IMG/VR virus record: IMGVR_UViG_3300043446_004613
Location: 62,001-126,000 of that record
DNA: 64,000 nucleotides
Strand: one strand, 5' to 3'
Within the stretch, counting starts at the first letter, position 1; every line of letters begins with the position of its first letter. Below, piece by piece: positions 53,004-62,055 of this stretch. Position numbers and translations under genes: made by a program. The notes under the pieces were generated by a model. The model had not been told where the DNA came from. It worked only from the letters and a program-made list of their open reading frames with translations, and made no database searches.

Positions 53004-53970
53004 AACGCCGTGGGTCGATAGTCTCGATCATCTCGTTGTACGTTTCTTGTGCTGAACGTACAGTTTTCTTGTGTTTGCGGGCGACCTCTGCGATCGAATC
53101 AGGGTCTAAATCTGTCTTGTCGATGTCACGCATCAACAAGTAATCAGAATGGATTTTTGACAGCTGTTGGATGGTAGGAAACTTCATCCGTTTGCCTCCG
53201 AACAGCACGCACAGCTTTTTAGCAACTTCAAACCCGAACTCATCTACAATATCGGGCAGATACGTGTAGCTTTGAGAAGCCAGCACAAGATCGTATTCTG
53301 TAAACGGGACGTAAGTTTGTTTATAGAAGGCTTGGCGCAAATTCACGATTGACCAGTCGTAAAAGAATTTGGATAAGTCGAAACTGATACCGTAGGCATA
53401 AGCTGCGCTGCGAATTGCGTCCTGCTTATCGTGCTCGTCGTCTATGATACACTGGATCAAGAAGCGGATAGCGCCAATCTCCTGTGGATCGCCCCATCGA
53501 CAGTTTAGCTCTCTAAGCTTGTTGTGCGTTTCCTGTACGGCATCGTGCTTGTCGACTTCGTGATCATCAACGCCGTAAAACTTTTCAAGGTTATCGCTGG
53601 TGACGTGGAATCGACGCCGGTACTGATTTACTTTCTGTAGTTCAGAACGAAAAGCGTTTTTAGCGCATTTGCTAAACCAAGAAAACAACTTGCCCTTTTT
53701 AGGCTGCCACGCTGCCAGCCACTTGATGACTTTTTCCTGTGCAGCGCTGACCAGTTGTGGAAGATCGACCGTGTAATGAAAATCTTCAAACTGCGCTAAA
53801 CGCTCAAACATCGCCGAGGAGCCGACGACAATGTTTTCAAGCACGAGCATCGCATCTTTGTGGCGACCAGCCGCGTTCAGCTGCTTCCACTGGATAGCCA
53901 GCGGCGTCAGTTGACTTGCCGGAAATATATGCTCTCCGTCAGCGGGTGTTGCTGGATTCTTCTTTGGCAT
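52960..53970 (-). CDS. sigma region 2-like domain fused to Mor-like activator domain
   Basis: WQPKKGKLFSWFSKCAKNAF; LPDIVDEFGFEVAKKLCVLFGG.RMKFP; C-terminal HTH. Confidence 0.6.
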   Translation of the reverse strand: MPKKNPATPADGEHIFPASQLTPLAIQWKQLNAAGRHKDAMLVLENIVVGSSAMFERLAQFEDFHYTVDLPQLVSAAQEKVIKWLAAWQPKKGKLFSWFSKCAKNAFRSELQKVNQYRRRFHVTSDNLEKFYGVDDHEVDKHDAVQETHNKLRELNCRWGDPQEIGAIRFLIQCIIDDEHDKQDAIRSAAYAYGISFDLSKFFYDWSIVNLRQAFYKQTYVPFTEYDLVLASQSYTYLPDIVDEFGFEVAKKLCVLFGGKRMKFPTIQQLSKIHSDYLLMRDIDKTDLDPDSIAEVARKHKKTVRSAQETYNEMIETIDPRRYGEHSIFNEDSANE

Positions 53971-54661
53971 CGGCGGGTAAAACGGTGTACTGGTGAACTT
54001 TGTTGATCAGTTTTTCCGTATCGGCGCAAACATCGTCAGCTTCCTTGTCGCCGTTTGTAACGTGAGGTTGCATAAGCTGCATGACGCCTTCAAGAAGGCT
54101 CAGTGCGGCAACGCCGACCAGATATGGAAAATGCGGACGAATGAACTTTGGCGCATCTCCAGCGTTGTCCGTCTTTTTACCAGACTTTTGGTCGCTGTCA
54201 ACCGCAGGTGCTGGTTTGGCTTTTGCAGCCTTGGCTTTCGGGGCACTGGTGGGTTTAAGCTCTTCCGCTTTAACCGGTTCAGCCTTCGGTTCTTCCGCGT
54301 TGGTTTCTGCCGGTACGTCAAGCTTAGCTGCGGGCTTAGCTTTGGGTTTTGGCGCTCTGCTGCGCGGTGCGGGCTTTTGCGTTGGAACCTTCTGCGTGAT
54401 TTTGATCGCAGGGTTGCTGCTCAAAAAGCGGTGCGCGTGACTTAACAAGTCCAATTTGGACATTGATGCCACGTCGCCACCATTGTCATGGATATTATCG
54501 ACGACGGCTACAACTTCGGCGGGAAAATCAACAAACGACTGATCAGGCTTGCCGATGGCCACCGTATTTGTGCTGAGTTTGCGCTTGAGCGCGTGGTCGT
54601 TCGACAAAATAGTGTGTACGCGTTGGTAGCGAACAAATGAGGTACGTTTAGTTTCAGGCAT
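53939..54661 (-). CDS. Ala/Pro/Lys-rich hypothetical protein
   Basis: Low-complexity central linker; start set at MPET. Confidence 0.65.
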   Translation of the reverse strand: MPETKRTSFVRYQRVHTILSNDHALKRKLSTNTVAIGKPDQSFVDFPAEVVAVVDNIHDNGGDVASMSKLDLLSHAHRFLSSNPAIKITQKVPTQKPAPRSRAPKPKAKPAAKLDVPAETNAEEPKAEPVKAEELKPTSAPKAKAAKAKPAPAVDSDQKSGKKTDNAGDAPKFIRPHFPYLVGVAALSLLEGVMQLMQPHVTNGDKEADDVCADTEKLINKVHQYTVLPADAKEESSNTR

Positions 54662-54692
54662 AAAGCGCAACTTGTTATTATGTTGTAAACAG

Positions 54693-54737
54693 TGGGAGAT
54701 CAAAAGTAAACATAAATCGTTATATTTTGATCTCCCA
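54693..54737. repeat. 13-bp perfect inverted repeat with 19-nt spacer (terminator or operator)
   Basis: TGGGAGATCAAAA...TTTTGATCTCCCA, intergenic. Confidence 0.7.
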
Positions 54738-54744
54738 TTTTGAT

Positions 54745-55554
54745 TTAATCTTCAGGTTCAGGGTCGCCTACGAGCACTGGTTTGTTACGGCGTGGCACAG
54801 GGCGAGCGAGAACACGTGGCTTTTCTTCCTCATCCTCATCCTCATCCGCGTTTGGCGCAGCATCTTCAGCTTCCTCACCTTTCGCCTTGGGTTGAGCTTT
54901 GGCCGCGTTTACGACACGACGAGACAAATAGTTCTCATCGGAGTCTTCTGCGCTTTTACTCTTCCCTTTGGGACGTGAAGGTGCTTCGTCCTGTTCAGGT
55001 GCTTCTTCCGCAGCAGGCGTTTCGTCCTGTGCAGCGGATTTACCTGCTTGGATGGCTTTTCCGGCTTGCACTGCTCCGGCGACGGCAGTCAACAGGGTGT
55101 GGCGTAGACCAGCCGCTTCAAAAAACCCCGACACACGCGGACTGTAAGGCCCAAAGCGCTTGATGACACAAGCCATGTCTTGAAAGTCCCACGGGCGCGT
55201 TTTTAACTTAACTCCGTCGTCCTTTACGACAACCTCGATCCGGGAAAGGTAACGGAACATCTCCGCGTTACGTGTTCTATCGTCGGACTTTTTCCAGAAG
55301 TGGTTGTCGACAACAAGGACGTAATTCGGACGCGACTCGACCAGAAGTCGGAACTCTTCTGGCATTTTCTTTAGCTTGAGTACTTCGCCTTTTGGTTCGA
55401 TTTCCTCTTGGTTCTCGTCCATACGGACGCATAGAACTGGTTCGATTACGACGTTATTCTCGATCAGCGGCGCAAACATCAGGTCGCTGTTCAGACACTT
55501 TTGGAACATGTCTGACAGTTCCTTTTCTTGCACGTATTCAATATGTGTTGGCAT
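54745..55554 (-). CDS. phage metallopeptidase-like domain (apparently degenerate) with acidic tail
   Basis: YVLVVD..FW...D..R.A...LSRI...DFQD...VIKRFG pattern without HExxH. Confidence 0.55.
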   Translation of the reverse strand: MPTHIEYVQEKELSDMFQKCLNSDLMFAPLIENNVVIEPVLCVRMDENQEEIEPKGEVLKLKKMPEEFRLLVESRPNYVLVVDNHFWKKSDDRTRNAEMFRYLSRIEVVVKDDGVKLKTRPWDFQDMACVIKRFGPYSPRVSGFFEAAGLRHTLLTAVAGAVQAGKAIQAGKSAAQDETPAAEEAPEQDEAPSRPKGKSKSAEDSDENYLSRRVVNAAKAQPKAKGEEAEDAAPNADEDEDEEEKPRVLARPVPRRNKPVLVGDPEPED

Positions 55555-55557
55555 AGT

Positions 55558-56931
55558 TTATTCCTCGGTAGCTTCTTGCGACACGCCGAGCGGATCGGAC
55601 ATGTCTTCGTCAACTTCGACACCTTCATCAAGACCTTCGGTACTCATACAGTATTCGATGGCCTTGGCCCAAAGCAGGTCGATGTCTGCTTTGTGTTTAT
55701 CATAGAACTTAGGCCACTCTGACCGGAACTTAAAACCGGGGTCTTTGCGGCTTCCTGTGCGGCGGTTTGCAGGCAATTCGTCATCGTCTTCCAGTGACGT
55801 TTCAACTGACGCAGCGTCAAAAGTTGTCGGGACGATGCCATTCTTTTTGAACTTCAGGATGTAGCCAGTGTGCTTGGTTTCAGCCTCAACTTCAACGAAG
55901 CCAAGGTAAACCAGCGTTTCCAGCATACTGAAGATGTTATTGAGTCCGCCGTTCTTTTTATCAAAGAGCAGCACCATACGGCCATCGCGCAGCGGCGGTT
56001 TGATCCGGTTTTTCTTTGTATGGAATCCAACCAGCAAGCCCGCACTGAACTGAGCGTCCGGCACAAGCTTATATTTCTGGCCGTACGCATACATGAACAC
56101 GCGATGTGACGAATAAAAGCGGAGCGCCATACCGCCTACTGACGTGTAATCGTCAGGACTGATCGTGTAGCTGCCTTTTTGTCCCGGCGCGGAGCCGGGG
56201 TTGAATTTCGTACGTACCTGATTGGTGAACAAGATGGCGGCTTGACAGCGGTTAACTTTGCGCACCAGACGGCACAGAGCACGACTGATCTGCTTGGGCT
56301 GGCGCGGGAAATCTTCCGTTCCCCACTTGGCCTCAAGCTCTTGGCGTGTCGACGTAGAGGCAATGGTATCGACTACGATGAACATGAAGCGCATGATGCC
56401 ATCCTTTTCCTGTTGCGCCAGACGGTCATTCTGATACGACAACGCACCGTCGATTGCCTTAAACACGTCGTCAGTGGTATCAAATCGCCCACCGACAACG
56501 TCGAGTGCTTCGCCATCGACGACAAGCTTCATGTCGTCGTCGAGCGAACCTTCGTTATCAATGTACACAGTTACAACTTTACACTTATCAGGATCAAGGG
56601 GCTTGAGTGTTACATTGCCGTGTTCGTCGCGAACAATCTCGGCAACGTGCTTCTTCATCGCACGGCCCGCACAGCGGATGGCCATCGCGGTTTTACCGCA
56701 ACTTTCCAGTCCGTACAGTTCAACCATGCGACCGATTGGAATACCGCCTGCGATGTCGTCAAACGACTCGATGCCGGTGGTCAGCACGTACTTGACCTCG
56801 CTTAACACGAGGTCTTTAGTACGGCTGATTTCCCAGCTGGCAGCGTTTTCACCTTTAGGTGCAATGGACTTGAGCTTGGCAATCAAACCCTCGTTCTCAT
56901 CGACCTCTACAGTTTTACGTTTAGCTGCCAT
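55558..56931 (-). CDS. recA: RecA/UvsX-family recombinase
   Basis: GGIPIGRMVELYGLESCGKT, IVVDTIA, LFTNQVR, GGMALRFYSS, KKNRI.PP. Confidence 0.9.
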   Translation of the reverse strand: MAAKRKTVEVDENEGLIAKLKSIAPKGENAASWEISRTKDLVLSEVKYVLTTGIESFDDIAGGIPIGRMVELYGLESCGKTAMAIRCAGRAMKKHVAEIVRDEHGNVTLKPLDPDKCKVVTVYIDNEGSLDDDMKLVVDGEALDVVGGRFDTTDDVFKAIDGALSYQNDRLAQQEKDGIMRFMFIVVDTIASTSTRQELEAKWGTEDFPRQPKQISRALCRLVRKVNRCQAAILFTNQVRTKFNPGSAPGQKGSYTISPDDYTSVGGMALRFYSSHRVFMYAYGQKYKLVPDAQFSAGLLVGFHTKKNRIKPPLRDGRMVLLFDKKNGGLNNIFSMLETLVYLGFVEVEAETKHTGYILKFKKNGIVPTTFDAASVETSLEDDDELPANRRTGSRKDPGFKFRSEWPKFYDKHKADIDLLWAKAIEYCMSTEGLDEGVEVDEDMSDPLGVSQEATEE

Positions 56932-56936
56932 AAGTT

Positions 56937-58343
56937 TTAAGCGTCAGCGGGCATGGTGGTTAAACGGGCGCGAAGACGATTGGCTGATTCTGTGCCAGCA
57001 CCTTTACCGCGAGCCACTGGCGTTGGAACGTCGTCATCTTCTTCCGGTTCAGCATCTACCGGCGCAGCTGTCCGCTTCGGCGCGGGCGGCACTGGATCGG
57101 TGTCATCTTCAGGCAGGTTGTCTTCTTCTTCAGATTCCGCCTGCGGAGTTCCGGTTGCTTCGCTCTTAGCAGGGGTAGCTGCGGCGGAGCGCTTGGACGT
57201 CTGACCGAAGTTGCGAACCGGTGACTTTGCAGGTGGTTCGCTTTCTTCCGCAGGCTCGTTGGAAGCGTCATCATCGACGGGTTCTGAGCGACGGATAGGC
57301 TTGGGCTGGGCTTTGGGCGGCGTGCGCTGTGGGCCAAGATCACCGTCGTCATCATCGTCGACAGCTTCATGTGCCGGATTAGCGCGAGCAGGGCGGCGCG
57401 GAGCTTCAACTTCATGCTCAACCGGGGCGCTACGACGAGCACGCGGAGCTTCGTCTTGCTCGTCAGCTTCCGGTGCTGCACGGCGGCCTGCCGGACGAGC
57501 CGGTGCGTCATCAACGTCATCTTCAACCGCAGGACGTGCAGAGCGAGCCGGACGACGGAACGCTGCTTCGTCATCATCGCCGTCATCGGCGTAACCACCA
57601 CGAACAGCACCGCGACGCGGAACGTCGCCACCGCCGCGATGTGCGCTTTCCTGAAGCTTGTCAGCAAACTGCTGCATCTGTTCGGCGGTTGGAATTGTCA
57701 CTTTCGGCGGCTTGCACGCGGCCATGATCTTCTTGATGTGCTCGTTATACTTCGGATCATCCAGAGTGAAGATCGGAGCACTGTCTTGTTTATCAAGGCG
57801 CATACCCTTACCGCCCTTGCTGACGACAAAGTCATTGCCCTGCTCAAAGTCCAAAATGCTGTCCATACACTTGCGACCACCCGCCATGTAGAACGCTTTC
57901 AGTTCTTCAAACGTTGAGCGATAGTGCCAGAACTCGTAAGGGTTAAGCACTTCCGACAAAGGCTGCTGCACGCCGTCTTTGTCGAAAACCAAACAGTAGG
58001 TAAGGAACTGCGGCGTCGACATGGCTTTGTAGCCAATCTTGCTGATCGCTTCGTCGCGGTCGGCGTTCAGTTCATCGCAGACCGTGCAGACAGGGCACTC
58101 GCAGTCCGGGTCGCCGCCGAAGTCCATCGCCGTATTGCGCGGGCAGGTGATCGGAAGCTTGTTGTTCCAGTGGCGGGCGATACGGGCGAACCAGAGTCCA
58201 TCCGGCCCGAGTTTGGCGGGCAGGAAGCGGATCGTCCAGCTTTGACCGCGTTCCAGTTTGACGCGGCGGTTGCCGCGTGATTGAGATTGCAAGAAGGCGT
58301 CTTCGCCCTGCATGCGTTTGAGGATTTTAGGATCGATGCTCAT
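56937..58343 (-). CDS. gp32-like single-stranded DNA-binding protein with long low-complexity tail
   Basis: IRFLPA, Zn-type H...CPR...CPVC, DFEQGNDF; next to RecA. Confidence 0.75.
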   Translation of the reverse strand: MSIDPKILKRMQGEDAFLQSQSRGNRRVKLERGQSWTIRFLPAKLGPDGLWFARIARHWNNKLPITCPRNTAMDFGGDPDCECPVCTVCDELNADRDEAISKIGYKAMSTPQFLTYCLVFDKDGVQQPLSEVLNPYEFWHYRSTFEELKAFYMAGGRKCMDSILDFEQGNDFVVSKGGKGMRLDKQDSAPIFTLDDPKYNEHIKKIMAACKPPKVTIPTAEQMQQFADKLQESAHRGGGDVPRRGAVRGGYADDGDDDEAAFRRPARSARPAVEDDVDDAPARPAGRRAAPEADEQDEAPRARRSAPVEHEVEAPRRPARANPAHEAVDDDDDGDLGPQRTPPKAQPKPIRRSEPVDDDASNEPAEESEPPAKSPVRNFGQTSKRSAAATPAKSEATGTPQAESEEEDNLPEDDTDPVPPAPKRTAAPVDAEPEEDDDVPTPVARGKGAGTESANRLRARLTTMPADA

Positions 58344-58369
58344 AATACTTTTTCTGGTCTTGTTTTTGT

Positions 58370-58840
58370 TTATTCAACTACATTTCTACGTTTGTCCGGT
58401 TCATGCTCCATGCGACGAGTCGCTTCAATAGAACGGAGAAGTTCCATTTTCGCTTCGATGGCCTTGATCGTGGCCGTTATCCAGTCGTAGTCTTTCTCAG
58501 CGCGAGCGTAAGCTTCCGACGCTGCCTTAACCTCTGGAGCAAGAGTAACTGCGCGTTCAAGCGCGGCTTCGGTCATCTTTTCGCCGAAGCCTTGACTCAT
58601 GAAGCCGCCGTTTTTAAGGTCGAAGTATGCCTTCGCTTCGGCTTCCTTGAGTTTATATTTATTGTTGATGACGCGTTCGTTGGCTTTACCTTTTTGGTAG
58701 CCAAACCATCCGATGTAGGACGGCAGCATGCCAGCCGCCTCGCCGATGTCTTCAAACGAAGCCTTCAACACGGCATCGATGTCGGCAGTCTGGCCGTCGA
58801 TGGTGAAGGACTTCAAAACCGGTATGGACTGTTTTCTCAT
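58370..58840 (-). CDS. UvsY-like recombination mediator (candidate)
   Basis: Helical protein with KMTEAALERAV...; clustered with RecA and SSB. Confidence 0.5.
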   Translation of the reverse strand: MRKQSIPVLKSFTIDGQTADIDAVLKASFEDIGEAAGMLPSYIGWFGYQKGKANERVINNKYKLKEAEAKAYFDLKNGGFMSQGFGEKMTEAALERAVTLAPEVKAASEAYARAEKDYDWITATIKAIEAKMELLRSIEATRRMEHEPDKRRNVVE

Positions 58841-60069
58841 GGTGTTGCCGGGTGAAAAGCATCCAACTGCTTTTGCGCTAATTCCATCAAGTCTACCTTC
58901 TTTAGAACGTCGTCAGGTGCAACTGCGGAGGTAACTTCGCAAGAATGTTGCCGGATACCTTGAGGGCACTTGTTTACAGGGAACTCGCCAAACGCAAAGC
59001 ACGGAGAGAATTGACAGGCATCCTGCTTCCAGACAGCTAAGTCCATGTAGTTTTTATCGTAACCGATGCGTGCGCCGGGAGCGTGTGTACCCCAGATGCT
59101 AACCGCAGGCGTGTTCAAAGCCTGCGCCATGTACAGCGGAGCGCTATCCAAACAGACTAATCCGGCTGAACGGGAGATCAGCGCCATGAGCACGCGGATC
59201 GACGTGCTGTCGATTGCGTTGATGACTCCGCCACCCAGCTGGGCTATACGTTGATTGAATTCGCCTGCGCTCATATCCATATCCGGCAGACGCAAAGAAC
59301 TGTTTCCTACAACCACAACCGGACGGCGTGTAGACATTTCTTTAATAATTTCCAACCACGTGCCGTAGTTCATGCTACGCAGGGTCGCGTTGCTGAAAGG
59401 TGCAACGACGTAGTAGCCAACATGCCGCAAGTCGACTTTACGCTGCTCCCAGACGTAACGGTAGAGTCGATCAAGGTTTTGATAGTCTTCAGAAATCAAG
59501 GTTGCCGTAGGGCGCTTCCACTTAGGATCAATACTTGCCGGATCAAAACCAAGCTGCTTAAACAGTGCATCATACACGTTCAGCTGGTCACCCTCACAGT
59601 CCTGCTCGGTGACCGTATTGATGAGCCAGTGGTAGTTGTACATGCGGAGATGGTCATACTCCAGCGGGCCGCATTTGACGCACTTGTTGCTGATGAGCGG
59701 GCTATGCGTCAACACTAATCCCCGATCTGCGAACGCCATGACGTCGATTTCAACGTCACCGCCCGATACGTGGTTGATGAAACCCAGCGGCCCGGTAAGG
59801 AACAACAGGTCACCTATGCCGCGCTCACGGCAACGCTCCACCAAAATCTTAGCGCCGGTCACGTTTTTACCAGCGGTAAGCCGGTTATAGAGCGAAGCCC
59901 CATCCAGTTCGGATACGGTATCAATGAAGTCCTTGATCGGTTCAATGCGGTTTGCGTTTACAACGTAGCGGCGGTTTGGATTGAACAGCCACGTTTCGTC
60001 AGCGGTCTGGTTAAACATCACCGGTTCCTTGACGGTTACTATCAGCCATTGCGTATTGATCGGAATCAT
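58837..60069 (-). CDS. GT9 (heptosyltransferase-like) glycosyltransferase
   Basis: RGIGDLLF; LDSAPLYMAQALNTPAVSIWG. Confidence 0.8.
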   Translation of the reverse strand: MIPINTQWLIVTVKEPVMFNQTADETWLFNPNRRYVVNANRIEPIKDFIDTVSELDGASLYNRLTAGKNVTGAKILVERCRERGIGDLLFLTGPLGFINHVSGGDVEIDVMAFADRGLVLTHSPLISNKCVKCGPLEYDHLRMYNYHWLINTVTEQDCEGDQLNVYDALFKQLGFDPASIDPKWKRPTATLISEDYQNLDRLYRYVWEQRKVDLRHVGYYVVAPFSNATLRSMNYGTWLEIIKEMSTRRPVVVVGNSSLRLPDMDMSAGEFNQRIAQLGGGVINAIDSTSIRVLMALISRSAGLVCLDSAPLYMAQALNTPAVSIWGTHAPGARIGYDKNYMDLAVWKQDACQFSPCFAFGEFPVNKCPQGIRQHSCEVTSAVAPDDVLKKVDLMELAQKQLDAFHPATP

Positions 60070-60090
60070 GCGTTGTAAAAGAACAGGGTT

Positions 60091-61626
60091 TTAATTTTTT
60101 GTCGTACCAAGATACGGACGTACAGATGCAGGCATTTCTGCCAGTTCATTTTCCTTCCAAGCACGCACTTTTGGCCAAACTTGCCATTTTGTAAACATGT
60201 GTGCGTTCTGCATGCCCGGTTTTATGTTAGGCAGCTTATCCTTGATCCAGCCTTCAAAGTCATAGTCTGGATCGTCATAGTGGCCGCCACGACGGTGTTT
60301 TTTGACGGTTTCTTCCATATTACGGCGTGTACCGGTGAAATGGTAAATCATTGGGCGGAAGACAACTGTGGGGGGTGTAAAAGGGCTGCGACAAGCCTTA
60401 AAACGCATGCCCGACCCGATATAAACGACCGCCGTATCGGTTGCACCGTCAACAGGAAATCCCGGTAAACCGATGACAGGGATCATGCGCACGCTGACGC
60501 TTTGACGACCTTGTTCGACGTAAGCTTTGATTACTTTAAGCGTACCACGCATCCAAAGTTCATCGCCATCGACAATAAGGATATGCTCATAACCCAGCGA
60601 ACGAATCCAATCCAAGCTGGCATTACGCAGGCGGGTTTCTACGTCGATACGGCTGCTTCCCTCCGTAGTGTAGGAGTCAACATTATATTTTGAATAATGC
60701 ACTGTCTGACCGGCGTCTTTGAGCGCTTTGACAGCTTTTTGCACATCATCAACATTCTCTTGTTCAACCGGTTCACCTGACCAGTACTTATCGGGCTGGC
60801 AGAAACAGAAATCGTTAACACCCTCTTCAACAAGGCGTTGGCAAACGTCAAGCAGGCACAGGTCATCCTTTGTAACCTGCAAGTAGGCGACATACTTATC
60901 GTTTTTGTTATTTTTTGTTGACGCCTCTGATTTGACTGCTTTAGGGCCATCATCCAGAGGGAAACCGGCTGCACGGCGAAAGTTAAACAGCATCTCGCCT
61001 GTATTCCAACGTTCTTGCGACGCATGGATGAGATCGTGGCCATCGCGTGGGCGCTTGCCGCAGTCCGGGTGTAGGTGCTCAAACAATAGATGATTAGCGT
61101 CGATAACCACGCCGTCGCGAACAGCTACCTCGCCAAATTCCGTATCGTTGAACATGGACGGATATTTCGGGTAAAATAGATAACCGAAACGCTCATAGCG
61201 TTTACGCGTCAGGATTGAGAGTACAAAGATATTGTGGACGTAGCCGTCTTCGACTTTGACCACGTACTCCCCATCAATCCAATTAACAGGCTTGAGCGAA
61301 AGAAGTAACTCATCCCAGTTGTTTGGCGGCACAAAATCGTCGGCTACTGCAATGAGTACTTTACCTGTAGACACTTCGGCGGAAGCGTTCCAACCTGCGA
61401 CACAGGTTTTAGGGCCGTTGTTTACAGCTATTTTGACATTCAAGTTTTCTTCTGCCAGAGCCTTGGCTACGTCAAGGCAGGCACTATTTCCAGCATCGAT
61501 GCCCAAGCACCATTCGATAGTTTCAGGGTTTTTGGCACGGGTATTCCATAAATTAACGACACGGGCCATGATTTGAGGCCGGACACTGGTGAAGCACAGA
61601 GAAAATATAGGTGTAGATTTATTCAT
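60091..61626 (-). CDS. glycosyltransferase with two GT2-like domains
   Basis: VADDF and IVDGDE DxD motifs; HLHP; YHF. Confidence 0.75.
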   Translation of the reverse strand: MNKSTPIFSLCFTSVRPQIMARVVNLWNTRAKNPETIEWCLGIDAGNSACLDVAKALAEENLNVKIAVNNGPKTCVAGWNASAEVSTGKVLIAVADDFVPPNNWDELLLSLKPVNWIDGEYVVKVEDGYVHNIFVLSILTRKRYERFGYLFYPKYPSMFNDTEFGEVAVRDGVVIDANHLLFEHLHPDCGKRPRDGHDLIHASQERWNTGEMLFNFRRAAGFPLDDGPKAVKSEASTKNNKNDKYVAYLQVTKDDLCLLDVCQRLVEEGVNDFCFCQPDKYWSGEPVEQENVDDVQKAVKALKDAGQTVHYSKYNVDSYTTEGSSRIDVETRLRNASLDWIRSLGYEHILIVDGDELWMRGTLKVIKAYVEQGRQSVSVRMIPVIGLPGFPVDGATDTAVVYIGSGMRFKACRSPFTPPTVVFRPMIYHFTGTRRNMEETVKKHRRGGHYDDPDYDFEGWIKDKLPNIKPGMQNAHMFTKWQVWPKVRAWKENELAEMPASVRPYLGTTKN

Positions 61627-61652
61627 AGTCTGTTCTGTAGAACAGAAAACTT

Positions 61653-61925
61653 ATGGACGCCAAACTGGATAGTGAACTTAAAATGACCCGGATACGCGGC
61701 GCGGCTTTGACTTTGCGCGTTCAGCCGGTAATGGTCATGTCTGAGATGCTGAGTGAGTACATTCAGCTTTGCGATGCTCAGCAACGTCAGATCGCTGACT
61801 TATGCGCCATAATTGCCAAATATGAAGCTAATCAAACAAATGATCCAGCAGTACCAAGCCAAGCACAACCGCCTGCCGCTGCAAGTCCTTGTACACCCGG
61901 TAGCACTGACAGCCCTCGCACTTAA
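61653..61925 (+). CDS. small coiled-coil hypothetical protein
   Basis: ORF; 3' third overlaps the next gene. Confidence 0.5.
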   Translation: MDAKLDSELKMTRIRGAALTLRVQPVMVMSEMLSEYIQLCDAQQRQIADLCAIIAKYEANQTNDPAVPSQAQPPAAASPCTPGSTDSPRT

Positions 61926-62055
61926 AAAGTCTGCCCTGCCGATGTGTGATGGCGTACCAATCGTGTGTCGTGAGGTTACAGTGGCACCTGCTGTAGACAG
62001 TCTTCGCCTTGGTATAACCGTAATCGACGGAGCCATCCGTACTTTTGACATCTAA
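61822..62055 (+). CDS. hypothetical protein
   Basis: MKLIKQMIQQYQAKHNRLP... Confidence 0.55.
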   Translation: MKLIKQMIQQYQAKHNRLPLQVLVHPVALTALALKKSALPMCDGVPIVCREVTVAPAVDSLRLGITVIDGAIRTFDI

